Shown here one piece after another: positions 40,394 to 49,494 of a stretch of DNA of 64,000 nucleotides; the first letter of the stretch is position 1, and every line of letters starts with the position of its first letter. The position numbers and the translations under genes were made by a program. Location: the IMG/VR virus record IMGVR_UViG_3300036715_000875, positions 10,884 through 74,883 of that record; one strand, written 5' to 3'. Under the pieces are notes generated by a model that saw only the letters and a list, made by a program, of their open reading frames with translations, had not been told where the DNA came from and did not search any database. This DNA is from a virus.

Positions 40394-40764
40394 TAGTATG
40401 AACCAGCTGCATTACCTACAGCCCCTATTGTCTCTGTGGTTACTGGATGGCCATTATGCCCAACAGTTAAAGTATGCTCTGGGATAACTCCTTGAGACTG
40501 AAGCGCTTCTAAGGCTCGACGTTTTTCTTCACAAGATGAGCAAGGAACCCCAGTATCAGGTATGACTTGCTGAACTTCACCTGCGGTCTTACAGCCTTGA
40601 CATTTATACGCTTCAACAACCTGGGATACCATATGCTCACAAGTTTTAGTTACTCGGGCTACATTTTCATTAAAGATAGCGAAGGCCTCAAGGTCATTGA
40701 GGTCTACTCCTTTAGCTGCGGCCTTTTTATGCATGGCATTCATAATTAGTACATCAATACTCAT
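40393..40764 (-). CDS. Hypothetical protein with two CxxC motifs
   Basis: CQGC and CSSC; coupled ORF. Confidence 0.6.
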   Translation of the reverse strand: MSIDVLIMNAMHKKAAAKGVDLNDLEAFAIFNENVARVTKTCEHMVSQVVEAYKCQGCKTAGEVQQVIPDTGVPCSSCEEKRRALEALQSQGVIPEHTLTVGHNGHPVTTETIGAVGNAAGSY

Positions 40765-41429
40765 TATGCTTTACCTACCATCTCAAATTCTGCAAGAGAG
40801 TAGCGTTGGTTCTGCTTGTTTTGAACACGCTTGACCGAGATTTTTGTAATAACATCTGATGTACGCTCACTATGGTCTTTTTTCAAAGCTGATACGTAAT
40901 CTTTGAATGCGTACATTGATGATGGTGAAAGGCTAATTTTAGTAAGCTTTGGACCTTCTTCAGCGTAGTCCCAATCAAAATAAACTTCATATCTTGTTTG
41001 AATTTTGATCTTGTCTTCTTCACCAGGGTTAGCAGCTTTAGTCTGCATTAACAAACTGTTCATGTTATCACCACCGGTAGAATTGATACCGTCAAAACTT
41101 TCTGCAATCAAGTTAGACTGTGTATCCCACAGCTGCCATACTTTCTTACCACCAGATAGAACAACTTCAATATCTTTATAAGACATCTCAGATGACTTGT
41201 TTAACAACTCAGTACCATCAAGTACAAAGTAAGGCATGAATGAACCGATAGAATCAAGACCCTCAAAGTCATCATTAAAAGACTGAAGCTCACTTGCGCC
41301 TGGACGAGAGACAGCTACTGCTGTTCCACCTGTAACATTCATATCAATAACTGCGTCTTCAACTGGAGTTGAAACATCTAAATCTTTAACACTCTTACGA
41401 GCAACGGGTGTGCCTTTTTCTTCAGCCAT
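40764..41429 (-). CDS. Putative ssDNA-binding protein
   Basis: 221 aa, own promoter and AAGGA RBS, high-expression codons, LSPSS..F..Y / VITKI / Y...F pattern of phage SSB-like proteins. Confidence 0.5.
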   Translation of the reverse strand: MAEEKGTPVARKSVKDLDVSTPVEDAVIDMNVTGGTAVAVSRPGASELQSFNDDFEGLDSIGSFMPYFVLDGTELLNKSSEMSYKDIEVVLSGGKKVWQLWDTQSNLIAESFDGINSTGGDNMNSLLMQTKAANPGEEDKIKIQTRYEVYFDWDYAEEGPKLTKISLSPSSMYAFKDYVSALKKDHSERTSDVITKISVKRVQNKQNQRYSLAEFEMVGKA

Positions 41430-41511
41430 GGTATATCCTTGTTAATTGTGTATATTTTGGTTGGCACCCTAAGGTGACACCGTAAAACATACTATTGTCT
41501 CTTAAAATTAT

Positions 41512-41525
41512 ATTATATCGCAAGT
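41512..41525 (-). promoter_or_regulatory. Extended -10 promoter ACTTGCGATATAAT
   Basis: Copy of the repeated motif upstream of the SSB-like gene. Confidence 0.75.
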
Positions 41526-41576
41526 TTATGAATAAAGACTTACAATATAATATGTTACGAAATTAATTCACTTAGC

Positions 41577-42161
41577 TTATAAGCGATGTAGGATGCCAAA
41601 TTTTAGACCTAATACTACCTGATCTTTCTTAGAAAGACCTCTAATGTATTCTAAGACTATCTCAAAGCGTTCATCTTCTATAACATCATCAAGCGTAGTA
41701 TCAAAAGTGCTCGCTCCAAAGTCTAGCTGCTCTTCACTTTCATAGTTAGACATATTTTCTGTACTGAGTCCAAGAACTAGTTCAACTATATGTAACTCTA
41801 TACTAAGTTCAGTAGCTATTAATATAGCTTCTGGCTCGCGTTCATGTGTTAGTAGATACTTATCAATGTACTTATAAATCTTGAGCTTAAAGTTAACTAT
41901 ATGGCTAGGAAGTCTTATAGTTCTAGACTTATTAGTTAAGGCTTCTATGATAGCTTGCTTACACCAGAAGTTAGCATAGGTAGAAAACTTAGTACCAAAT
42001 GATGGGTCATATCGTCTAGCCGCTTTAATTAGGCCAATATTACCTTCCTGTACTAAGTCTTCATATGGAATATTCCTACTGCTATACTGTCTAGCCTTTA
42101 TCTTAGGTATATGTAGATGAGTCTCAATTAGTGTGACTTGTTCAAATGTTAGAGCTTCCAT
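41577..42161 (-). CDS. RNA polymerase sigma70-family factor lacking region 4.2
   Basis: EDLVQEGNIGLIKAARRYDP...KFSTYA..W..QAI, TIRLPSH; ends at LSKKDQVVLGLKFG (region 4.1). Confidence 0.92.
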   Translation of the reverse strand: MEALTFEQVTLIETHLHIPKIKARQYSSRNIPYEDLVQEGNIGLIKAARRYDPSFGTKFSTYANFWCKQAIIEALTNKSRTIRLPSHIVNFKLKIYKYIDKYLLTHEREPEAILIATELSIELHIVELVLGLSTENMSNYESEEQLDFGASTFDTTLDDVIEDERFEIVLEYIRGLSKKDQVVLGLKFGILHRL

Positions 42162-43561
42162 GATAACTGGTCCTTTATAGTGATAGATGCTTCAAAAAAG
42201 CTTGTATGTGTTTGATTACCTTTTAGTATCTCTGAAACATAGTTTACATTTTCCATGATACTCTTTAATAGCGCTACAGCTGGTGTCTTCTCAGCTACCA
42301 GTACATAGATATTAGGTTCTCTTGTTTGGCCAGGTCTATGGACACGGTCCATACCCTGCCAGAAATTATCTACTTCATAGTCAAGCTCAAAGAATACTAC
42401 ATTAAAGCAGTGCTGAAGATCTAGACCGACACCCATACTCTTAGCATTACCAATAAGCCACTTAACCTTGCCTTCCTTAAAGTCAGCTATGGCTTTATCT
42501 TTATCTTTAGGAGAGACTCTACCGTCTACTATTCCGTAGGTAATGCCTCTAGAATCAAAATAGTCTCTAATAAGATTAGAAGTGGTATGGTAATGAGCAA
42601 ATAATATACCTTGTTCATCTCCTATTTCCTCTAAAGTTATATCAAGCATATCAAAATAGGCAGACTTCTCATCAACACCGACTATCTCAGGTGAGACTGT
42701 AGCCTGTCTTACCTTATGAAGCAGCGCGCTAGCTTGAGCAAAGATAAATTCATCTTCACCAATACCTAGCTCTAAGAATCCTAGGTCCCAAAACTCTTTG
42801 AGCTTCTTGTAATGCTTCTCTCCTAGACTGAATTGCTTAATGATTAATTGCTTTTCTGGGAGCTCTAAGACATCTTTCTTAAGCTTCCGTCTACAAGTTT
42901 TAGCAACAATCTCGTTAAGCTTATCCAAGTTCTTCCAACCGATAATGACTGGAAAACCTGTAGCGTCTTTTGCATACTTGGCGTGGTGTCTTAAGAAATT
43001 TTTCTCTGTAACATAGATATTTGGATTAATCAGTTGCACTAGAGGAAATAAATCTAGTGGCGACTTTACAACTGGTGTACCATTCATCAACGCTAAGTAA
43101 GGGACTTTATAGGCTACTTTTTGGAAAGCTTTAAAAGCCTTAGACTTAGGAGACTTAATGAACTTATACTCATCAGCTACAAGAGCCATCAAGTTATTCA
43201 TATTAGCCTTAAGGTCTTGAATCTCCTTAGCCATAATAGCGTAAGATACAAGAACTATATCTGCAGACTTAAGAGTCTTAAGTATTTCTTTACGCTCATT
43301 AGGAGTGCCTCTATAGCACACTACTTTACGATCAGACTTAAAATACTCTCCAAACTTTCTAGTCCACTCGTTAAACAAAATAGGTGGAATAACAACTATA
43401 CTCTGACCCTCAAACTTTTCAGCTAGATAAGTTAAGAGTATGTATACGCTGAAGGTCTTACCAACACCTGGCTCGTGAAGAATTCCACCTCTTTTATTCT
43501 GGATAAAAAACTTTGCGTCATCCATCTGGTATTCAAAAGGCTCTAATATGTATTCAGTCAT
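42149..43561 (-). CDS. SNF2-family (SF2) helicase
   Basis: PGVGKT, ADE, NGTP, MGVGLDLQ, Q..DRVHRPGQ. Confidence 0.9.
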   Translation of the reverse strand: MTEYILEPFEYQMDDAKFFIQNKRGGILHEPGVGKTFSVYILLTYLAEKFEGQSIVVIPPILFNEWTRKFGEYFKSDRKVVCYRGTPNERKEILKTLKSADIVLVSYAIMAKEIQDLKANMNNLMALVADEYKFIKSPKSKAFKAFQKVAYKVPYLALMNGTPVVKSPLDLFPLVQLINPNIYVTEKNFLRHHAKYAKDATGFPVIIGWKNLDKLNEIVAKTCRRKLKKDVLELPEKQLIIKQFSLGEKHYKKLKEFWDLGFLELGIGEDEFIFAQASALLHKVRQATVSPEIVGVDEKSAYFDMLDITLEEIGDEQGILFAHYHTTSNLIRDYFDSRGITYGIVDGRVSPKDKDKAIADFKEGKVKWLIGNAKSMGVGLDLQHCFNVVFFELDYEVDNFWQGMDRVHRPGQTREPNIYVLVAEKTPAVALLKSIMENVNYVSEILKGNQTHTSFFEASITIKDQLSWKL

Positions 43562-43579
43562 GATTATTTCTTTTTGTTT

Positions 43580-43593
43580 ATTATACCATAAGT
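43580..43593 (-). promoter_or_regulatory. Extended -10 promoter ACTTATGGTATAAT
   Basis: Upstream of the helicase-sigma genes. Confidence 0.75.
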
Positions 43594-43594
43594 C

Positions 43595-46285
43595 TTACTT
43601 AGAAGACTCTGGAATGAAATTAGATAGGTTAACTTTATACTCTAGGCTCTTAGAAATACTTAAACAGGCTATTAGTCTAGTCTTACTACCAATAGTATTT
43701 TCACGCTTAATATAATCGCAGAACCCTTCTTTTTGTAGCATCTTGATAAATGATGTCATACCCATATCATATAGACTTAAGTGATAGTCTTTATTATACT
43801 TAGAGAATAGCGGGAATACAGTCTCTACATCTATGTATAGTTGGTCTTTAGGTATATCATAGGCATAGTGCACATTCTGTAATACTGGATATGGACTAGC
43901 CTGCACATCAGATAATAGATTCATGATATCAAGAATCTTGATAACGTCATTCTTGTTAATTATACTATCAATAACAGCGTTACCGTGCTGTATAAACTTC
44001 TCATAGTCTTTCATACTGTCTAGTATCTTATCTTTAATATCAACACCTTTAAGAGCCATAAACTCAATAAAGTAGTCAAAAGTGACTCTAAGTACTGTAT
44101 GGTTAAATATAGGCCTTTCTGGGAGATTTAAAGACTTAATATACTCAGCGTGATAGCCCTCAAATTTACTCTTAAGTTCTTCTGGCTTTACAGACATAGC
44201 AAATGTTAAGAATTCTTTACCAAGACTTTCTAACTTCATATCTTTTAAAGCATCTAAGTGCTTCTTAGCATTTGGCTTTTCAGTCAAATACATACGAGTA
44301 AGCTGAACTTCAATAACCCGATGTTGAACAGCTGTCTCAATGATAGATTGCTCACCAAGTAATACAATAGGAGCTCTATAGTAATATGGTATAATCTCTT
44401 GATTAGCTGTACCCCGCTCTCCTCGAGATGAATTATACGCACCACGAATTAGTCTTGAAACAAGCTGAGACTGGGTCTCTTTCATCATCATAGGTTTATA
44501 CTCATCTAAGATTAGCGGTATAAGATTTGAGCTATTACAAGCAGCCATCAAAGAGAACTGTGTAACATCAGAAATAGACTTCAAGGCTGAGTCAGCCATA
44601 GCGAAAAACCTTCTAAGTAATAGCCCAGTAGACGTCTTACCTGCCCCTGCTTCACCAAAGAAAAATAGTAGTGGAAACTGACTATAGACCTTATCATAGT
44701 GAGGCTTAAAGAATGACGATAAGAACCAACCCACAGAAGGAATAACTACCTGAGGTACATTGAAATCAATAATAGAATCAGCGATATTCTGAGCTTCTTC
44801 ATGTGTGAGCTGTGGCCAATCAAAATCAAGCTTAGTATTAACAATTGTTAATGACTTGGCATTAACCTTAATCTTATCCATAACGCCACTTAAAGCAACA
44901 CTACCAGAATCATTTGCATAGTGCCACTCTTTATCAGCCCAGTGTAAACCGATAAAATCTTTGCCTATCTGTTCTTTAGGGTCTTCCTTTCTTAAATACC
45001 AACCAATCATTGCTAACTCTCTTTCTGAGCACCAGACTGGAAAGTCTGGAGATAAAAATTTTGTGAAGCCATTCTTAGTGTTAAAGGCAGCTTCTGGTAC
45101 TGAGATGTTTCTCTTCTTGCCTCTAGCATTAACTAGCTCCATATCATATAGAATCTCACCACTATCATGCTTAATATCATGCTTGATCTTCATAGTGAAA
45201 CCTGTAAGTCTTCTTGAACCTTCAGCTGCCTGTAAGTAGTAGCTATTATTCTTAATGAAGATACCAAATTCCTCATCCATTTCCTCAGCGTCTTCTCCTA
45301 CTTTAATAGGACAAGCCTTACAACTTGGTTCATCAACAATTTTACAAATAAATCCACAGTCAAACTTATACTCTGGATTCTCAACGACAAAGCCATAGAC
45401 ATTTTTAAAGTGGTCTTCTTTATCATCTTGGCTTTTATACACAGACGAATTATACTCCAGCATAGGCTTAAAGTACTTAAGAGCTTGGTCTGGTGACCAG
45501 TTCATTCTAGCTCCATAAGTAGCTGCATTAAGAACTAAGCCATTAAATCTAGCCTGACTATTAACCCCATCTAGATCACGAAGCCTAGAAATACAGTCTG
45601 GAATATTCGCAGCTTGCAAGACTTTTGTATCAACTGTCTCTTTAGACTTAGGAATAACTATATCACAGGCTTTAAACCAGCTCTCAGCTAAAGGATTACG
45701 AGCTACTTTTCCAAACGGTTTAGTAACTTGTCTAGGAGCTCTACAAAGCTGAGCTACATAGTCTATTCCTTCAGTCAATACTTCTGTATATGTTAGCTCT
45801 ACCTTATAGTTGCCGTTATCACGTTCGATATTAGGCAGACGCCACATACGGCCTTTACCACCAGAGTATACAACCATGTCTAGAACTACGCCTGTAGCTC
45901 TACCAATGGATGCTGCCATTAACTTATATCTATAAGGTAGTAAAGCTTTGAACTTATTATCCATAAACACTAATGGATTAAGCTCGATATGAAACCCTTT
46001 TTTACCGGTAGCAAATATTTTTAAGTCTGAATCAGGCTTTAAGTTATATCCAGTTACTAGGTACTTAACTACTTTCTTTAGGTCATCTAAGGCTATTTCT
46101 ATACTTTCATTATCAATGTCAATATAAAAAGGTCCAAAATACTTCTGATCAAGTTTTGTCTCTAGGTCTTCAGGATTACTCTCAATAGACAGGACAGTCT
46201 CAAAATACATACCAGTAGGAGGGTTATGTTCATCAGCTAATATCCATTTAGCCTTACCATCTTTCTTGTAGTATTTTAAGCCCAT
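43595..46285 (-). CDS. Primase-helicase (AEP-type primase plus P-loop helicase)
   Basis: YIDID and TGKKGFH primase motifs, R.WRLPN, Cys cluster, GEAGAGKT Walker A, LILDE Walker B. Confidence 0.85.
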   Translation of the reverse strand: MGLKYYKKDGKAKWILADEHNPPTGMYFETVLSIESNPEDLETKLDQKYFGPFYIDIDNESIEIALDDLKKVVKYLVTGYNLKPDSDLKIFATGKKGFHIELNPLVFMDNKFKALLPYRYKLMAASIGRATGVVLDMVVYSGGKGRMWRLPNIERDNGNYKVELTYTEVLTEGIDYVAQLCRAPRQVTKPFGKVARNPLAESWFKACDIVIPKSKETVDTKVLQAANIPDCISRLRDLDGVNSQARFNGLVLNAATYGARMNWSPDQALKYFKPMLEYNSSVYKSQDDKEDHFKNVYGFVVENPEYKFDCGFICKIVDEPSCKACPIKVGEDAEEMDEEFGIFIKNNSYYLQAAEGSRRLTGFTMKIKHDIKHDSGEILYDMELVNARGKKRNISVPEAAFNTKNGFTKFLSPDFPVWCSERELAMIGWYLRKEDPKEQIGKDFIGLHWADKEWHYANDSGSVALSGVMDKIKVNAKSLTIVNTKLDFDWPQLTHEEAQNIADSIIDFNVPQVVIPSVGWFLSSFFKPHYDKVYSQFPLLFFFGEAGAGKTSTGLLLRRFFAMADSALKSISDVTQFSLMAACNSSNLIPLILDEYKPMMMKETQSQLVSRLIRGAYNSSRGERGTANQEIIPYYYRAPIVLLGEQSIIETAVQHRVIEVQLTRMYLTEKPNAKKHLDALKDMKLESLGKEFLTFAMSVKPEELKSKFEGYHAEYIKSLNLPERPIFNHTVLRVTFDYFIEFMALKGVDIKDKILDSMKDYEKFIQHGNAVIDSIINKNDVIKILDIMNLLSDVQASPYPVLQNVHYAYDIPKDQLYIDVETVFPLFSKYNKDYHLSLYDMGMTSFIKMLQKEGFCDYIKRENTIGSKTRLIACLSISKSLEYKVNLSNFIPESSK

Positions 46286-46537
46286 CTATTCCCCCAATGT
46301 TTTTTTAACCTCTAGTAACGCTTTGGCTTTAGCCATATTCTTCTTTAACAAGGTTTGATAGAGAAGAATCTTTTTCATGTCAAGTTCAGAGTATAAGGCC
46401 TTCCCAGGTTTTCCTGGGACTTTTCCTTTCACTCCTGAGATACTTAGGTCATTACATAGATTGTAAAGGGTATTTATTTTATACCCACAAATAGCTCCAA
46501 TAAACTCTATTGTATAGGCTGGCTCAGTTGTGTACAT
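46286..46537 (-). CDS. MerR/excisionase-like HTH protein
   Basis: YTIEFIGAICGYKINTL...G...YSELD pattern. Confidence 0.6.
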   Translation of the reverse strand: MYTTEPAYTIEFIGAICGYKINTLYNLCNDLSISGVKGKVPGKPGKALYSELDMKKILLYQTLLKKNMAKAKALLEVKKTLGE

Positions 46538-47066
46538 TGTATAATGCCTTCAATTTAGAGTAGATTTCTTCATAGCCATTACAGTAGGCCATTACATCTT
46601 TGAGATAATAGTTATCTTCTTTACCGGACCAAATCTTGGAGTAAGTTCCATTGCCATAGCCATTTTCTTGTCTAAGAACATTTAGAGCCTGCTTACCTAT
46701 GATAATCTTAGTAACAGCAGGATAGTTGTGCATAACTGTAGCGATAAGGTCCTCAAAACGTAGCTCATGGATTAACTTAATCATAGAAGTTAAGAACATG
46801 AAGTCATCAGAAGTAGCCTCTGGCTGAGCTTTACCTGTTCGTAGCTCTGGACGGTAGTATAGACAATTCATACTAAAAATGGTCATATCGACCAACTCAA
46901 CAACCATATTATCTTCGTCTCTTTCTGAGACTTTCCAGTCATGAAAACCTAGTGAGGCTGTAAACTCTCCCAACTCTTCAATCAATGCTTTGTACATTAC
47001 CTCAAAAGTTGTCGCCTTAGCGTAAGTCTGCTGGAAGTGAACTTGACGGTCAATAATTTTATTCAT
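46524..47066 (-). CDS. dut: Dimeric all-alpha dUTPase (family includes T4-type dCTPase/dUTPase)
   Basis: EELGE, WK, ELVD..F, K..LN..RQ..GY..GTY.KIW.GKEDN. Confidence 0.88.
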   Translation of the reverse strand: MNKIIDRQVHFQQTYAKATTFEVMYKALIEELGEFTASLGFHDWKVSERDEDNMVVELVDMTIFSMNCLYYRPELRTGKAQPEATSDDFMFLTSMIKLIHELRFEDLIATVMHNYPAVTKIIIGKQALNVLRQENGYGNGTYSKIWSGKEDNYYLKDVMAYCNGYEEIYSKLKALYNVHN

Positions 47067-47113
47067 AGGGTTACCTTTTTTCTTTAATGTGATTTCACTT
47101 TGTATACTATAAT

Positions 47114-47156
47114 AAAAAACCGGTGGCATACCGTAAATAACGATACGCTACCGGTT
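47114..47156 (-). terminator. Rho-independent terminator
   Basis: 17-bp stem AACCGGTAGCGTATCGT/ACGGTATGCCACCGGTT (2 G-U, 1 mismatch) ending in a run of 6 T on the - strand. Confidence 0.8.
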
Positions 47157-47338
47157 CAGGAGGTGAACGACTACGCTCTTAGAAGCATATTGCAAACGTC
47201 GTCTTGGGTACTCAATAACTTGGAGGTCTTTTTGAGTGATCTTTTATATCGAAGGAGATCGAATATGCACGATTCGACCTAACAGAGAGATAAAATCTGT
47301 TAGGCCTAAACCTACATAAGTAGGTGGAACAGAGAGGA
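47114..47338 (-). ncRNA. Candidate structured RNA/3' UTR with multiple hairpins
   Basis: About 7 consecutive stem-loops in a 225-nt intergenic gap. Confidence 0.4.
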
Positions 47339-47812
47339 TTAAACCTCGTCTGAACCTTCAACTTCAGGAGCAGCTTCTTCAGCTGGAGCTTTTTCAGCTT
47401 TTTCTTTCTTCGCTTTTTTACGAGCAACAACCGGCATTGAACGCTGCTTCATCCAGTTAGCGTACCAGCTGATTGAGTTAGCTGTTGTATCAACACCTTC
47501 AGTTTCAGAAAGGAACTTAGCGAGTTCGCCATAGCTCAAATGCTCAAGAGAGTCATCTTGAAGAACTTTAATTGTCAAGAACGCTTTTGTTTGTGGGTTC
47601 TCACCGAGTGTACGACGACGGCTCATTTTAACAACGTTACCTTCAGCATCAATAGTGAACCCATTCTCATTTAAGAATGCAACAAGAGCGTCTTTATCAC
47701 CAGCTTCTTCCAAGTGTGCAGAGATTTTCTCCAACAAAATTTCTTTTGTATCTTTAGCTTCAATAGCTACGCCTAATTCTGTGGCCCGAACCACTAACTG
47801 TGATTTATTCAT
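47339..47812 (-). CDS. Putative DNA-binding protein (Rho-N/HeH-like N-terminus, HTH-like C-terminal domain)
   Basis: MNKSQL...A.ELG......TKE.L; own promoter; Lys/Glu/Ala tail; similar to 63403-63807. Confidence 0.55.
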   Translation of the reverse strand: MNKSQLVVRATELGVAIEAKDTKEILLEKISAHLEEAGDKDALVAFLNENGFTIDAEGNVVKMSRRRTLGENPQTKAFLTIKVLQDDSLEHLSYGELAKFLSETEGVDTTANSISWYANWMKQRSMPVVARKKAKKEKAEKAPAEEAAPEVEGSDEV

Positions 47813-47842
47813 CTGTGTATCCTTATGTTTTTTGATATTAGT

Positions 47843-47856
47843 ATTATAGCGTAAGT
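47843..47856 (-). promoter_or_regulatory. Extended -10 promoter ACTTACGCTATAAT
   Basis: Upstream of the gene starting at 47812. Confidence 0.75.
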
Positions 47857-47859
47857 AAA

Positions 47860-48801
47860 CTAAATGTTACTTGCGATTTCATTTAGAGTAATTATTGTAC
47901 ACTGGTCTGCTGGCTTATCAGTTCTCTCACGGACGAACTGAGGATGGCGGAGCTTCAAGTTCTTAGTAACTTCATTAGCACTAACTTCACAGACCATACC
48001 TTTGAGGGTGCCAGCGATAGCTCTATCTGTAAAGTCTTGGCGCTGCTTATCAGTCATACCAGAACACTTACCAATTTCTTGGATATTTTTATTATGATCG
48101 TAAAGAGCAATGATAAGTGAACCGAGCTGGCCCTCATATTTACCTTTACCTTTTTCAATCCCTATTACAAAGGCATCAACTGTGAAAGCTTTCTTCACTT
48201 TAGTCCATGACTTTGCGTAGTCTTTCTCAGTAAGGTTCTTAACCATAATACCTTCTCCGCCATTGGAGCTGACTACATAGTCCCATAATGTTTGAAACTT
48301 ACTAAGCTTCCAAGCTCGTGGCATAGCTAAATGACCCATTACGATAGTAGTGTCAAATTCTACAGTATTTTTGAAAAAAGACTTAAGCATATTTCGTCGT
48401 GCTTTATATTCCAATTCTTTGTATGACTCCCCAGCAAGCATTTGAATATCGTAAATTACGTAGTGCGCTTCAGCTAAACCTGGTGTATAGTTATTTGTAC
48501 CCATTACTGAGCGTGCCATTTCCCAACGAGTCACATGTGGTTCATCTAGGTGGATGACTTCGCCATCTAGAATAGTGCCACTAGGAAATGTCGCTAGCAA
48601 TGCCTTTACTATATAAGGAACGTTAGTGGCTCTGTCGATACCATTTCTTGAAATTATCTTTACAGTGCCATCAAATATCTCTGCACCAAAGCGCGAGCCA
48701 TCAAACTTTTCTTCAATGATAAGATCTTCATTAGTTACCAATAAAGGTAACGACTCTAATGTAGCTTTCTTAGTAGCCCGTACAAAATCAAACGTTGGCA
48801 T
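47860..48801 (-). CDS. ATP-dependent DNA ligase
   Basis: EEKFDGSR, ILDGE, YDI, EGIMVK, KVK, OB domain LRHPQF...RTDK. Confidence 0.93.
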   Translation of the reverse strand: MPTFDFVRATKKATLESLPLLVTNEDLIIEEKFDGSRFGAEIFDGTVKIISRNGIDRATNVPYIVKALLATFPSGTILDGEVIHLDEPHVTRWEMARSVMGTNNYTPGLAEAHYVIYDIQMLAGESYKELEYKARRNMLKSFFKNTVEFDTTIVMGHLAMPRAWKLSKFQTLWDYVVSSNGGEGIMVKNLTEKDYAKSWTKVKKAFTVDAFVIGIEKGKGKYEGQLGSLIIALYDHNKNIQEIGKCSGMTDKQRQDFTDRAIAGTLKGMVCEVSANEVTKNLKLRHPQFVRERTDKPADQCTIITLNEIASNI

Positions 48802-48931
48802 GAATATACACCCAAGCACGTGCGCTACAAAATTGTGAAGGCTTTGGAAGACGTTTGTTATCCTTACCCATCATTGCATTAGTTAATGCTTTGAACTGCA
48901 TAACCTGTCTTAGCTCATCTATCTTATCCAT
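48788..48931 (-). CDS. Small hypothetical protein (47 aa, not in the ORF track)
   Basis: MDKIDELRQVMQFKALTNAMMGKDNKRLPKPSQFCSARAWVYIHANV fills the gap between GNAT and ligase. Confidence 0.5.
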   Translation of the reverse strand: MDKIDELRQVMQFKALTNAMMGKDNKRLPKPSQFCSARAWVYIHANV

Positions 48932-48939
48932 AAGGACCC

Positions 48940-49236
48940 CTAATAATAAATTTCGTGCGCGTGGCGCTGCCAGAAGCCTACTGCTGCAGGTACTGGGTTA
49001 AAAGCTAAGACAATGCGATCAAGCTGAGTTAATAGGCTGCTGGCGATGCCTTGGCCTCTATACTCTTCTTCTATGAAGATATTAAATACCCTCACATGTA
49101 GCTCATCCATTTCAAGCTCGACTATGCCTACGGAATTTAACCCTAAGAATATCTCATACTCTTCTGTGTCTATATCTCCGAGGGCAGTGGCATTTGTCTG
49201 TTGACTACCGAGTTTAACTAATTTTATCAAACTCAT
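48940..49236 (-). CDS. GNAT-family acetyltransferase
   Basis: IFIEEEYRGQGIASSLL acetyl-CoA motif A, N.....GFW. Confidence 0.8.
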   Translation of the reverse strand: MSLIKLVKLGSQQTNATALGDIDTEEYEIFLGLNSVGIVELEMDELHVRVFNIFIEEEYRGQGIASSLLTQLDRIVLAFNPVPAAVGFWQRHAHEIYY

Positions 49237-49426
49237 AATGCCCTCTAATTTTTGCTTGAAAGTACTTACCGTGACTCTCTGCATCCATTAGTTCTGTATA
49301 AGTTTCAAACTCAACTTGGGCGTACTTATAGGTACTACCATTTTTAAACTCAATATATAGAAGCTGCTCATCTTGACTGTAGCCGATAGCTGCGATGTTT
49401 GATGACTCTACTTGTTGTAATTCCAT
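49214..49426 (-). CDS. KTSC-domain protein
   Basis: VESSNIAAIGY...L.IEFKNGSTYKY..V....Y..LM.AESHGKYF...IRG. Confidence 0.9.
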   Translation of the reverse strand: MELQQVESSNIAAIGYSQDEQLLYIEFKNGSTYKYAQVEFETYTELMDAESHGKYFQAKIRGHYEFDKIS

Positions 49427-49450
49427 TATGAACCTCCTGTGATTTGTATA

Positions 49451-49464
49451 ATTATACCACAAGT
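49451..49464 (-). promoter_or_regulatory. Extended -10 promoter ACTTGTGGTATAAT
   Basis: Upstream of KTSC-GNAT-ligase. Confidence 0.75.
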
Positions 49465-49494
49465 TTTCTTAATTTAACTTATACTAGAACTAAA

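Noticed and set aside
41521-41580. Frameshifted remainder of sigma region 4.2
   Set aside because: The gap is short, AT-rich, contains stops and the next promoter, and encodes no HTH-like sequence
46286-46537. Excisionase as evidence of a temperate lifestyle
   Set aside because: No integrase, repressor or att-like context in the window; more likely a replication or transcription regulator
47114-47338. tRNA or tmRNA in the structured gap
   Set aside because: No cloverleaf, T-loop GTTCRA or CCA end found
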